From the NCBI GenBank assembly GCA_963717525.1, contig OY970343.1, positions 1,696,001 to 1,760,000 of the forward strand: a DNA stretch of 64,000 bases, written 5' to 3'. How positions within the stretch are numbered: the stretch's first letter is position 1; each line of letters opens with the position of its first letter. The notes below the pieces were generated by a model. It searched no databases, was not told where the DNA came from, and was given only the letters and a program-made list of their open reading frames with translations. The translations under genes were made by a program, and so were the position numbers. Below are positions 30,217 to 40,522 of this stretch, in pieces. Origin of the DNA: an uncultured Methanoregulaceae archaeon (GTDB lineage Archaea; Halobacteriota; Methanomicrobia; Methanomicrobiales; Methanospirillaceae).

Positions 30217-31248
30217 ATGGCAGCACAACAATGCGCATGCACCTGCTCACCGCCGGTTCCCCGGGCGGCACAGGAATTCATGTACGCGAGCCCTGCGATC
30301 ACCTTTGCCGACCGGTGGGATCATTTCCTCGCCCGGTGGGGCGTAAACCGGATGGGCCATGTAGTACAGCCCGGGCTGTACAAACTGGGCCTTGCCATCC
30401 CGGAATCACCGGTCTTTGCGTCCGCGAACTACACGCTGAGCTTTGATGCGCTCCGTTCGGCGCTTGCCGGCATCGACGCGTATATCCTCGTGCTGGACAC
30501 CAGAGGTATCAACATCTGGTGCGCCGCGGGCAAAGGCACGTTCGGCACCGATGAACTGGTCCGGCGCATTGATGCGACCGGGCTCTCCGGCATCGTATCG
30601 CACCGCAGGATCATCCTCCCCCAGCTCGGGGCGCCGGGCGTTTCTGCGCATGAAGTATCACGCAGGTCCGGCTTCTCGGTCGAGTACAGCCCAGTCCGGG
30701 CCCGGGATCTGCCTGCCTACCTCGCCACGCACACGGCAACAAGGGAGATGCGTACCGTCCGGTTTACCCTTGCCGACCGGCTCGTCCTTGCTCCCGTGGA
30801 ACTGGTGCATATCCTCCTGCCAATGATAGCAGCGGCAGTTGTGCTGTACTTCCTCGCCGGCCCGGTCGCAGCGCTTGCAGCGGTTTCCGCAGTCTTTGCA
30901 GGAACCATCCTCTTCCCGGCCCTGCTGCCGGTCATCCCAACCCGGGACTTTTCCACGAAAGGATTTATCCTCGGCGCAATTGTCGCGATCCCGTTTGCGG
31001 CCACTTATGCCTTGACCCCCGGACTTTCCGGCATTGGACTGATCATCACCGTGCTTGTCCCGCTTCTGATCATGCCGGCCGTGACAGCATACCTTGCCCT
31101 CAACTTCACAGGTTCGACTACGTTCACGTCACGTACTGGTGTAAAAAAGGAGATCTTCCGGTACGTGCCGGTGATGGTGATAATGGCTGGCGCCGGGACC
31201 CTCCTCGGGATCGCACTGGGCGTCCTCCATCTCATGGGAGTGGCCTGA
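30217..31248 (+). CDS. hgcA: Mercury methylation corrinoid protein HgcA
   Basis: Cap-helix NIWCAAGKGTFG, ANYTLSFD, LPQLGA, C-terminal TM domain with NFTGSTTFTS.TGV. Confidence 0.97.
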   Translation: MAAQQCACTCSPPVPRAAQEFMYASPAITFADRWDHFLARWGVNRMGHVVQPGLYKLGLAIPESPVFASANYTLSFDALRSALAGIDAYILVLDTRGINIWCAAGKGTFGTDELVRRIDATGLSGIVSHRRIILPQLGAPGVSAHEVSRRSGFSVEYSPVRARDLPAYLATHTATREMRTVRFTLADRLVLAPVELVHILLPMIAAAVVLYFLAGPVAALAAVSAVFAGTILFPALLPVIPTRDFSTKGFILGAIVAIPFAATYALTPGLSGIGLIITVLVPLLIMPAVTAYLALNFTGSTTFTSRTGVKKEIFRYVPVMVIMAGAGTLLGIALGVLHLMGVA

Positions 31249-31622
31249 TGTTTGATTCCTACGCGAAGAACACGCTCCGGTATTTCCCGGAAAAGTGCAT
31301 CAACTGCCGGCGCTGCACGCAGGTCTGCCCCCATGGCGTTTTCGCCGAAGGGGAAGACCGGGCTGAACTCGTCCGCCCTTCAGGATGCATGGAGTGCGGC
31401 GCATGTGCTCTCAACTGTCCGGTACAGGCAATTGAGGTGCAGAGCGGTGTCGGGTGCGCATGGGCCATGATCGGTGCTGCACTCAGGGGAAAGGACATGG
31501 ACAGCTGCGAATGCAGCTGCGGGGGGCCGGAGAGTTCCTGCTGCGGCGGCGAAACAAAAGAAGAACCGTGTTCGTGCGGGACTGAGGAAGGGGGTGTAAT
31601 TGCGGACCATGAAATCAGATGA
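31248..31622 (+). CDS. hgcB: Mercury methylation ferredoxin HgcB with extended Cys-rich tail
   Basis: CINCRRCTQVCPH, CMECGACALNCP, GVGCA; tail CECSC...CC...CSC. Confidence 0.95.
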   Translation: MFDSYAKNTLRYFPEKCINCRRCTQVCPHGVFAEGEDRAELVRPSGCMECGACALNCPVQAIEVQSGVGCAWAMIGAALRGKDMDSCECSCGGPESSCCGGETKEEPCSCGTEEGGVIADHEIR

Positions 31623-32041
31623 AGCATATGCCACATTTATGAGAGGTTTCTCCTGCTCGGCGGCAGGTACTCAGCAGTTTTGCTGAAGAACTCGGTCTTG
31701 ACAAAGAAACGGCGTACAAAATTGCCTGCGGGTTTGGCTCCGGGCTTTCCCGGACCGATAATATCTGCGGTGCGGTGTCCGGGGCAATTATGGTCATCGG
31801 GCTCAAATACGGCAAGGTAATGCCGAAGGATAACGCCGCAAGGGATAAAACTCAGATGCTCGTGCAGCAGTTCCTCCAGGAATTTACCGTAAAGAACGGC
31901 TCGGTCAACTGCACAGACCTGCTGGGATATAACCTTGGCAATCAGGAAGAATACGTCACGGCACGCGACAAGAAACTCTTTGTCACAAAATGCCCGGCGC
32001 TTGTGCGGGATGCCACGGATATTCTCGAGAAAATACTTTGA
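31609..32041 (+). CDS. C-GCAxxG-C-C family putative redox protein (frameshift near 31666)
   Basis: GFSCSAA..., GFGSG, ICGAVSGA, GSVNCTDLLG, KC..LV. Confidence 0.85.
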
Positions 32042-32061
32042 GTGGACACCGGTGAACGCAT

Positions 32062-33141
32062 ATGGATAACCCCACGAGGCATCTCTCCGTAATCGATCGG
32101 TACCTCACGCTCTGGATCTTCCTTGCGATGGCAGCGGGAATTGCCATCGGGTACTTCTCGCCCGCAGTGCCCGCAATGATCACCGGCCTCTCGGTCGGGA
32201 CGACATCGATCCCCATCGCGATCGGGCTCATCCTCATGATGTACCCGCCGCTCGCAAAAGTGCGGTACGAAGAGCTCCACAACGTTTTCAGGGACACGAA
32301 GGTCCTCGGCCTGTCGCTTGTCCAGAACTGGATCGTCGGCCCGGTCCTGATGTTTGTCCTTGCCGTCGTTTTTCTCCGCGACCAACCGTTCCTGATGTAC
32401 GGTCTGATCCTGGTCGGGATTGCCCGTTGCATCGCGATGGTGATTGTCTGGAACGATCTCGCGCTCGGGGATTGCGAGTACTGCGCCGCCATCGTGGGCC
32501 TGAACTCGATCTTCCAGGTATTCTTTTACTCCGTCTATGCATGGTTCTTCATCACGTACCTGCCTCCCATGCTCGGCATTGGGGCCGGTTCTGCGGTTTC
32601 CATCACGATAACCCAGATCGCCGGGAGCGTCTTTGTCTACCTTGGCATCCCGTTCATAGCGGGGATGGTCACCCGGTATGCCCTGCTCCGCGTGAAGTCG
32701 AAAGCATGGTACGAGCAGGTTTTCATCCCGAAGATCTCGCCGGTTACCCTTATCGCCCTGCTCTTTACGATCATAGTGATGTTCTCCCTGAAGGGCAGTT
32801 ATATCGTCAATGTACCGTTCGATGTCGTGCGGGTCGCGATCCCGCTGCTCTGCTACTTCGTCATCATGTTCTTTGCGAGCTTCTGGATGGCCTACCGTCT
32901 CGGGGTCGATTACCAGAAGTCCGCCACTCTCTCATTTACCGCAGCGTCCAATAATTTCGAGCTTGCGATTGCAGTTGCCGTCGCAGTCTTTGGCATCGAA
33001 TCACTGGCGGCATTTGCCACCGTGATAGGGCCGCTCGTAGAAGTGCCGGTGCTTATTGGCCTTGTGAACGTTGCGCTCTGGATTAAGGAGAAATGGTATG
33101 GCAATCAGGAAAACAATACGTGCAGCCCTTCGCTGCGATGA
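32062..33141 (+). CDS. acr3: Acr3 family arsenite efflux pump
   Basis: [49 protein letters not shown]. Confidence 0.97.
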   Translation: MDNPTRHLSVIDRYLTLWIFLAMAAGIAIGYFSPAVPAMITGLSVGTTSIPIAIGLILMMYPPLAKVRYEELHNVFRDTKVLGLSLVQNWIVGPVLMFVLAVVFLRDQPFLMYGLILVGIARCIAMVIVWNDLALGDCEYCAAIVGLNSIFQVFFYSVYAWFFITYLPPMLGIGAGSAVSITITQIAGSVFVYLGIPFIAGMVTRYALLRVKSKAWYEQVFIPKISPVTLIALLFTIIVMFSLKGSYIVNVPFDVVRVAIPLLCYFVIMFFASFWMAYRLGVDYQKSATLSFTAASNNFELAIAVAVAVFGIESLAAFATVIGPLVEVPVLIGLVNVALWIKEKWYGNQENNTCSPSLR

Positions 33142-33159
33142 AGAGAGAATGGTGACATC

Positions 33160-33579
33160 ATGAAAAAGAAGGTCCTGTTTATCTGCACCCACAATTCCGC
33201 CCGGTCCCAGATGGCGGAAGGGTACATGAACGCAAAATATGGAGGCCGTTACGAGGTATTCAGCGGCGGGACCGAACCGGGGCAGGTGCACCCGCTGGCA
33301 ATCGCCGTGATGAAAGAGATCGGTATCGATATCTCCGGACACCGGTCGAAACTCATCGATGAGTTCTTCGGGAAGGGTATTGAGACCGTGGTCACGGTCT
33401 GCGATTCCGCACAGAAAGCATGCCCGTTCTTCCCGGGGGCAACAGAGGAGATCCACCAGGGTTTCCCTGATCCTGCTGCGTTCACCGGGACCGATGAGGA
33501 GATCCGGGCCGGGTTTCGTCGCGTGAGGGATGAGATTACCCCGTGGATTGACAAAACATTTGGAAGCGAGTCTCCATAA
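33160..33579 (+). CDS. arsC: Arsenate reductase ArsC (LMW-PTP type)
   Basis: VLFICTHNSARSQMAEG, VTVCD..CPFFPG, DPA, FRRVRDEI. Confidence 0.95.
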   Translation: MKKKVLFICTHNSARSQMAEGYMNAKYGGRYEVFSGGTEPGQVHPLAIAVMKEIGIDISGHRSKLIDEFFGKGIETVVTVCDSAQKACPFFPGATEEIHQGFPDPAAFTGTDEEIRAGFRRVRDEITPWIDKTFGSESP

Positions 33580-33757
33580 AGCCCGGCGTTTGCCCGTGGT
33601 ATCATCCATGATGCAGGCCGGCCATATTTTTTCCGCACCCGTTCCGGGTAACGGATGGGGAAGATGATTCCGGCTGCGAGGACGACATAGGTAAGCACCT
33701 GTGCGATGCTCCCGGCCGGCCCTGGTCTCTCGAACGTGATGGCGGCCAGCTACTCAG

Positions 33758-34663
33758 TTACCGGGACCCTTTTCTCGTACTTCCAAAGAATAGGAGTACC
33801 AGAGCAAATCCGATTATTGTTATTGAAGACGTAAAGCCCGGGATTGATGGCGGTTGGCTTTCAGCATAAATGGTGGTATTGAAAAGACTGGTGCCGCTAA
33901 AATGCCATTCCGCCTTGTTGCCATTTACCGTTGTCGCGGTGGTATTGACAATGTTTCCCGGCATCTCAAGGTAATAATCCACCGTGATCCCGGAAAGCAT
34001 CGTCTGCATCATTTCCTGCTCTTCTGCTGCGCTGAACAACGGGGCGAACGGCGTCGGGGTTACTTCAACCTGTTCGTAATTCTGAAGCGTTGTATTGTAT
34101 ACCCACTTCGTCGGTATTGGGGTAGGAATTACTATAATCTCCTGGTAGCCCTGCAAAGTCGCATTCCACACTACCATCGGCGTAGGAGCCGGCGTTGGGA
34201 CCGGCATCGCAAACGTTGGTGCGGTTCCTATCGCTGCAAAAGCCTGCGATGCCTGTGGTGAATTAAAGGAATTATCCTGGAAAACGATATTATCGCCATC
34301 TTTCTGGATGCTTATTTTGGAATCCGCAGGGGGGGAATATGTATCCGTCCTGGTAAGCGAGATCGTTACCGTCTTGTTCTGGGTATTTACTATTTCATTG
34401 TAGACTACATTCTCTGTGCCAAGAGACTTTGAGAGATTTGCTTCGATGGCATCTTTTACCGAATCAAACCCCTGGTGTTGGACTCCCATTTCGAGAAGAT
34501 CGTACGTCTGACAATCCATGGTCAGGTCATATTCGGCACTGGAAATCTGTGCATCCTTGTTAACGGTGAATTTATTGGTGATCGCAAGGTTCAGGCACCC
34601 GGCCGTGAGGACAAAAACGAGGATGATACACACAAGGATAAAAATAATTTTCATTTTTTTCAT
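33758..34663 (-). CDS. Secreted/lipoprotein with PGF-CTERM (LppM-like)
   Basis: Lipobox-like LTAGC; Pro/Thr repeats; IPGF-TM-basic tail. Confidence 0.75.
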   Translation of the reverse strand: MKKMKIIFILVCIILVFVLTAGCLNLAITNKFTVNKDAQISSAEYDLTMDCQTYDLLEMGVQHQGFDSVKDAIEANLSKSLGTENVVYNEIVNTQNKTVTISLTRTDTYSPPADSKISIQKDGDNIVFQDNSFNSPQASQAFAAIGTAPTFAMPVPTPAPTPMVVWNATLQGYQEIIVIPTPIPTKWVYNTTLQNYEQVEVTPTPFAPLFSAAEEQEMMQTMLSGITVDYYLEMPGNIVNTTATTVNGNKAEWHFSGTSLFNTTIYAESQPPSIPGFTSSITIIGFALVLLFFGSTRKGSR

Positions 34664-34949
34664 AAAATAATAATTTATTTAAGCCAAAATAAACATTCCT
34701 AAATGAATGTCCGGGGAGCATCGTCCCTGCCGGGATACTGTGCCGGATGCCGGTGTGACCTCATATCCGGCAGGCCCAGAAGCCCACGCGGCGTTTGAGT
34801 GTCCTCTCCCTTACCGGTCATACGGTCACTGCCACCGATACTTCCACAAGAAATACCAGTCCATACAAAATTTGAGCCATTTGTGGACAGGGGGGTGATC
34901 CACCCCCGCAAACGCACCAGAACCGTTTACCTCCTGCATATGCAGGATG

Positions 34950-36170
34950 TTAACCGGGAGCTCCGGATGCGGAATTCATTTCCATCTTCATCATCGTGGT
35001 CGTGTACGGGACCCACACGGAAAGCGTGAAATGCAGTTCATGACCGTCCGGGCCAAAATCCCCGGGTATCAGGTAGCCGCCATAACACGCTTCCCACCCG
35101 GTCTGCATCCATGAGGGGCGGCCGGTGGGGGTCTCGCACGGATCGAATCCTGCAACTTTCGTGAAGGGTCCGTAGGGAGCATCCGCAGAATAGAGAAGGA
35201 AGAGGTCCTGCCTGTAATCCTTGAAGAAAAGTAAGTATGTGCTGAGCGGAGCATCATAGATCAGGGATAATTCTCCCACCCTAAGATCTTCGAAACCGGG
35301 TATGGGTTCGGCCTGGGAGATGTCAGATGTCCAGTGCGGAAAACTATCAGGGCCATAGCCGGTCAGGTAGTGGTATTGTGCCGGGTCCCCGATGCCAGAG
35401 GGGAGCACATACGCCAGGTACACCGGGGAATCCCGGTATTTTCCTGACATGGCCATGAATACCGCAGGGGTTCCGTCAGGAAGAGCGCCCAGCACGGGTG
35501 CAGTATTGACATGTACCTGGTCTGCCCCCCAGTTTGCTGTTTGTGTAAACGAACCATCAGTTTCCTGCCGGAAAAGAACACCATACCCGGAGACCGACGG
35601 GTCGCTCGCGGTTCCCCAATGCGTCACACGCATTGCATACAGGTAGATGGTGCCGTCGAGCGTTATCGCCCCGGCCGGGACCGTAGATTCGTCCACACCT
35701 GCTATCCTCTTCGAAGTCAGGGGCTGGAAGTACGATGCCCCCGAGGTCACCCAGGAGAAACGGGAGCAGCTGAACGGGATGCTGGATTGTATCACCGAGC
35801 TTCCTCCGGCAGCACCACCGGGACCCGCCATTGAGGTTGAGGATGTCCCCATGGTATCCCCGAATATGAGCCATTGGGAAGAACCCTCCACTATGGGTAC
35901 TCCAAGATCTGCACCGGCAATCCCAAGAGACCTGGGGGGATTTTCAAAGAGATTACATTCAAAGATGGGGCCTTGTGCTAGGGAGATCTGCGATGTCTGC
36001 CCGGGGTTTGAAGACTGGTTTGAAGTGGATTTCGGATTGTTAGAATTTTGTTGTGTCTGCCCCGGTGGCAATTGAGGCGTTGTGGCAGGATTTGAACCTG
36101 AAGGTGATGGCGTAACGCAGCCGGCAAGAATAATGAGCAGCGCAATGAACAGAAAACCCAGGTACCTCAT
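34950..36170 (-). CDS. DUF4185-like lipoprotein (beta-propeller)
   Basis: LAGC lipobox; GADLGVP...IFGDT, VGELS..Y, PYGPF, YGGY, SVW.PY motifs. Confidence 0.75.
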   Translation of the reverse strand: MRYLGFLFIALLIILAGCVTPSPSGSNPATTPQLPPGQTQQNSNNPKSTSNQSSNPGQTSQISLAQGPIFECNLFENPPRSLGIAGADLGVPIVEGSSQWLIFGDTMGTSSTSMAGPGGAAGGSSVIQSSIPFSCSRFSWVTSGASYFQPLTSKRIAGVDESTVPAGAITLDGTIYLYAMRVTHWGTASDPSVSGYGVLFRQETDGSFTQTANWGADQVHVNTAPVLGALPDGTPAVFMAMSGKYRDSPVYLAYVLPSGIGDPAQYHYLTGYGPDSFPHWTSDISQAEPIPGFEDLRVGELSLIYDAPLSTYLLFFKDYRQDLFLLYSADAPYGPFTKVAGFDPCETPTGRPSWMQTGWEACYGGYLIPGDFGPDGHELHFTLSVWVPYTTTMMKMEMNSASGAPG

Positions 36171-36373
36171 GATACTTATTTCTCCTCAGGTATAGCAACT
36201 CTCTAAAACCCTGCATCGTCATAACCCTTTCCCCTGCATGAAGGGAATGAAACGGGGAATAGCAGGACGACGACCGCAGGAGAATCAGGATCCCCTTGTA
36301 CCAGCTCCCCCGGCTGTGGATGAAAAATGCACGCCGACAGGGGTTCTCTCTGTGCCCCTGTTTGTGGTTGTAC

Positions 36374-36829
36374 TCAATGGGTAAAGATCATCGAATCCGG
36401 CAGGGCACCATAGTGGGCAAGTACTTCCTTGAGCGTCTTTGAGGCAAGCATCTCTGCCATAATGATAGACCCCAGGGAAACCCCGCGTTCCTTTGCGAGA
36501 GGGTCTTCGGGATCGACGTTACCCAGTTCACCCGACATGGCCTGGTCGAACACCTTTTTTATAATGTGGTTCTGGACAAAGGTCAGTTCGGTCATAAATT
36601 CCTGGCCAGGCATTCTGGCTGCAGCAAAGGATAAACGGATCGTATCTTCGAGCTGGTGGGACCCCCCTTCCGAAGAAAGTCTTAGAATACAGGTTATCTC
36701 GTAGTTCTTCATTTCCTCCTTTTTGAGCGCAGAATGTTCGATACCGAGCATCAACACCCGTTTTACGGGAACCAGGTGGATATGGTGATCCACGTCAAGC
36801 ATTGCAATACTTTCTTCTGCCACAGCCAT
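36374..36829 (-). CDS. Hypothetical protein
   Basis: AGGAG upstream; clean 151-aa ORF. Confidence 0.65.
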   Translation of the reverse strand: MAVAEESIAMLDVDHHIHLVPVKRVLMLGIEHSALKKEEMKNYEITCILRLSSEGGSHQLEDTIRLSFAAARMPGQEFMTELTFVQNHIIKKVFDQAMSGELGNVDPEDPLAKERGVSLGSIIMAEMLASKTLKEVLAHYGALPDSMIFTH

Positions 36830-36976
36830 ACTCCTTTACTGGATGATTCTTCAACCCGGGATAAAGTGTTTGTGCCTTTTGATTGATGTATCCGAAGATG
36901 AGGCATGAGAAAAGGGTTCCAACGAATCCTGCACACTTCTCCGTGGATGGTTCGCAAAAAAGATTTTTATGGGAGG

Positions 36977-37168
36977 TTATGTGCGTTTTTTGGCATTTAT
37001 TCTTCTTGTGATGTAACCGGCGACGCGGTTCCGGACACGCTTGCTGTCGATAACTGCTGACGATGCCAGCTGTTTCTTGTTCTCATCGAAGTTGTTCGTA
37101 AAGTTCTCCCGCTGCTTCGCCAGAAGTGCGGTACCGAGATTTTTAATGTATGACGGTTTGATTCCCAT
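36977..37168 (-). CDS. rps17e: 30S ribosomal protein S17e
   Basis: MGIKPSYIK...F..NK...SKRVRNRVAGYITR. Confidence 0.97.
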   Translation of the reverse strand: MGIKPSYIKNLGTALLAKQRENFTNNFDENKKQLASSAVIDSKRVRNRVAGYITRRINAKKRT

Positions 37169-37354
37169 GGACAATCCCTCAGGGTTGTTGTTCTCTCAAC
37201 GCGACGAGAAGGGATAATGCTATGGTTTGCGGAAACGCCGGGCCGGATCCTGCCCTGACGTCGGGATTGAATTTTTCTTCATGCCCCAGGGGCACCATGA
37301 TGCTGACCTTTTCCCCCGGTTCGGACACTGGGGATAATGATTTTTCGAGAGTGA

Positions 37355-37546
37355 TCAATCAGCCGTTGTTCCTTTCGGCGTTCCCCTTTTCGGAGATGAA
37401 CATAATTCTTTTGCGATACTGATTACGGCGCAATGATTGTCAAAAAACCATGCACACTCTTTCCCGTTGCACGGGACTTCGATAAGCAATCCCTCGGTAT
37501 TGACTGCCGTTCCGAATTTCAGCGGACAAGACTTCTGTGGTGGCAT
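37355..37546 (-). CDS. Small Cys-rich hypothetical protein
   Basis: CP...C....CAW.....CAV..IA. Confidence 0.55.
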   Translation of the reverse strand: MPPQKSCPLKFGTAVNTEGLLIEVPCNGKECAWFFDNHCAVISIAKELCSSPKRGTPKGTTAD

Positions 37547-37593
37547 AAAGAAGAATCGGTTTTGACCTGATGAACTTTTCTTATGTCCCGGAA

Positions 37594-37672
37594 AAAGGGT
37601 TTGCGTCAGCGGTTGGTAACTCCTGTCTCACTTCATTACGATTATTCAATCAACCGCCAACGCACCAGTATT
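37594..37672. repeat. 79-bp element, degenerate copy H (eroded termini)
   Basis: ttgcgtcagcggttggt...tcacttcatta...atcaaccgccaacgcaccag in the same register. Confidence 0.65.
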
Positions 37673-37691
37673 ATTATTACATTTCTCGCAT

Positions 37692-39286
37692 CTATCCCGC
37701 TGCGGGATTCTTGGACTGCGTGACCATCATATCATCGATACGGATGAGCATGATCGCGGTCTCGGATGCGCTCTGGATGGACTGGCGCTTGGACCGGAGC
37801 GGCTCAAGCACTCCCTCGCCGAGCATATCGATAACATCACCAGTGTAGACGTTGAGGCCGGCCGTCTTCTCCCCTTTCGCGTGGGCGTTCTTGAGGGCGA
37901 CCAGCTTATCGATCGAATTGTACCGGAGTTCTCCGCAAGAGTGCGGGGGATGATCTCAAAAGCCGTCGCGTATCCCTCGATTGCCATCTGTACCCGTCCC
38001 CCGACCGTCTCAGCGTAATTCCGGAGCTTCATCAGGAGCTCGGTCTCCACTGCACCGCCACCGGCCACGTACGTACCGTCTTCGATTGCGTCCATAACCA
38101 CGCGGGTGCCGTCAACAACCGCACGCTCCAGCTCGTCAAGAAGATAGTCACTCGTGCCCCGGAGGAGGATGCTGACGGTCTTGGGGTTCCTGCACCCGGA
38201 TATCCGGGTGATTTCCATATCGTCGTCCTCGTCGACAACCTCGGCAATTCCGAGGTCCTTTGCCGTCAGGTCTTCCGGCTTATTGACAATATTTGCATTC
38301 AGCGCACGTGCTGCGTACTTGAGGTCCTTTTCAGGAACGTCCTCAACTGCGTATACGCCGTACTTTGCAAGGAAGAACTGGACCGGGTCTGCAATGCCTT
38401 TCTGGCAGAGCACGACATTTGCGCCCGAGCTGATCACGGAATCGGCCAGTTTTCTTAAGGCAGCCCGCTCCTGTTCGGAGAATGCGGAGATCTGCTCAGC
38501 GGTCGTAATCTTGATCTTCGCCTTCACTTGGGTCTTGGTGATCTCTAGGGGCATGGCGATAAGTGCGACTTTTGCCCCATTAACCTTCTTTGGCATACCT
38601 TCGGTTACCCGTGTCTTGTCCAGGATAATACCGCGGATGAGCTCGGAGTCATCGATTGACTTGCCCTTCTTCTTCCTGATCAGCAGGTCATCTTCGTCGG
38701 CACTGTATTTCCCATCGGTCTTTTCTGCGATGGCCATGACCGCATCCACGATGATCCCGTCCAGTTTCTCCTTGACCGATTCGATCGATTTCCCCGTGAT
38801 TGCGGTGTCGGCGACCTTGATGAGCGTCTTTCTGTCAGCCGGGTCGACCTTAAACGAAAGGGAGCTGGCGATTTCAAGGCCTTTTTCCATACCCAGGCGG
38901 TATCCTTCGGAGATAACGGTAGGGTGGATCCCCATTTCGAGCAGTTTTTCCGCCTGCTCCATCAGGGCACCGGCGATGACAACTGCGGTCGTGGTCCCGT
39001 CCCCGACCTGATCGTCCTGCGTCCTTGCGACTTCGACCATCATCTTTGCGCCGGGGTGCTGGACCGAGAGCTCATTTAAAATTGTAGCACCATCGTTGGT
39101 GATGACAATATCCCCCGTTGAGCTGACAAGCATCTTGTCCATGCCCCGGGGACCAAGGGTGGTCCGGACTGCGCCGGCGATTGCCTTTGCAGCCATAATA
39201 TTCGAGTGCTGGGCTTCCTCGCCCCGGTTCCGTGTTGTTCCCTGCCTGAGAATGATAATTGGCTGTCCGCCAAGCTGTTGTGACAT
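37692..39286 (-). CDS. ths: Thermosome (group II chaperonin) subunit (frameshift near 37920)
   Basis: [32 protein letters not shown]-terminus in alternative frame ...[17 protein letters not shown]. Confidence 0.95.
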
Positions 39287-39879
39287 TGCTAACCTCACTG
39301 TTTTTATTTTTGTTCCTGGTATTCCGGCAAAGCCGCTCGTACTCCCGGCCTGCTGTACCGGGTGTTGTGCACTCATGAACAGGGATTATAATCTCTCCCC
39401 GTCACGGTTTATCAGGAAGGGATATCGCTCCCGAAACCGGTGACACCGATTCCCTTGTGCACCTGTAACGGGCAAGAGTTGCTTCGCGGGCTCATATGTC
39501 TATGGGTCGCCCGGGTCAGGAGGATCTTTGCGCACCACAGCAGCTCAAAATCGATAATTTCACGTCGTAATCAATAAGCCGATGCGTTGAGGACTCATCA
39601 TCCGTAAAAAAGCAAAAACCGGATCCTGCAGTGCCGAAAATCCGGCGATTGTAATACATCTCTTTATCGTATCACTCGCCAATTAAGCAACCTCCCTATG
39701 CAACAGACTAAAAAGATACAATGAGTCCATAACAGGTTAAGCAGAAGGGGTATCGGGGAAAAAGGCCCTTCGCGATGCAGCCATCCTCACGTTGCAGAGC
39801 ATCAATACGTCCGGCAACCTGTCCGGTCCCAGAGATATCGTATTAAACTATCAGGATCTCGTGAGAGAAGGTGAATAGT

Positions 39880-40146
39880 GTGCAAAAAGAAGAGTTACTG
39901 CATCTCCACATGCTGATGTCCCTTATCAGGACGTATTGCAGAGACGTCATCCATGATGAAATCCTCACGGAGAGGTACGATTCCCTTGGAATCTCTCCTT
40001 CCTATATTCATAAAGATAAAATTGCCCACAGGGAGGCTCTCTTCACCCTCGGGGATGAGATCGTTTCCCATATCCACGGCCGGAAAGTGCCGGTGATGAA
40101 CTATTCCCAATGGACTGCACCACCCCAGGCTGCTGTCGAAAATTAA
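39880..40146 (+). CDS. UPF0058 family protein
   Basis: KEELLHLH...YDSLGISP..IHK.K..H..A.F.LG. Confidence 0.85.
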   Translation: MQKEELLHLHMLMSLIRTYCRDVIHDEILTERYDSLGISPSYIHKDKIAHREALFTLGDEIVSHIHGRKVPVMNYSQWTAPPQAAVEN

Positions 40147-40225
40147 CTTTTTTAGTGATCTGCAGAAAACGGATGTGCACTCTTGAGCAACGGCGACTTA
40201 CCCCGCGCTGTCAAACATACCATTA

Positions 40226-40522
40226 TCAGCGGTTCCCGCCTTCTTTAAATTCAATTTTTACATCGCCCGATATTTCAACCGGATTTTCACGTTCAGCGTC
40301 AGTAAATTCTTCAAGTTTAAGAGCAATTTTTCTCCCGCTTCTTAAGGTCAGGACCGCAATTTTATCACCCGTGTTTATGGGGGATAATTTTATCGGAACC
40401 GATTTCCCGTCACGTGTTGGAATTGCCACAACGCGATCCCCTTTTTTAACAGGAGTAAGTTTTACACCAGCGTGTTTCCCGGATGCCGGGAGAATAAGAA
40501 CCCTCTCATCTTTTTTTAACAT
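40226..40522 (-). CDS. Hypothetical protein with three internal ~24-aa repeats
   Basis: KKDERVLILPASGKHAGVKLTP / KKGDRVVAIPTRDGKSVPIKLSP / NTGDKIAVLTLRSGRKIALKL. Confidence 0.6.
   Translation of the reverse strand: MLKKDERVLILPASGKHAGVKLTPVKKGDRVVAIPTRDGKSVPIKLSPINTGDKIAVLTLRSGRKIALKLEEFTDAERENPVEISGDVKIEFKEGGNR

Noticed and set aside
30199..31248. HgcA as an ordinary CdhD/CdhE corrinoid Fe-S subunit
   Set aside because: The cap-helix motif, C-terminal TM domain and adjacent hgcB identify it as HgcA
369..37672. 79-bp elements as integron attC sites or CRISPR repeats
   Set aside because: End polarity is GTT...AAC rather than RYYYAAC...GTTRRRY, orientations are mixed and there is no integrase; the copies are dispersed, not a spaced array
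39420..39870. Long intergenic region as an ncRNA
   Set aside because: No recognisable RNA motif or convincing stem; may be just divergent promoters and UTR
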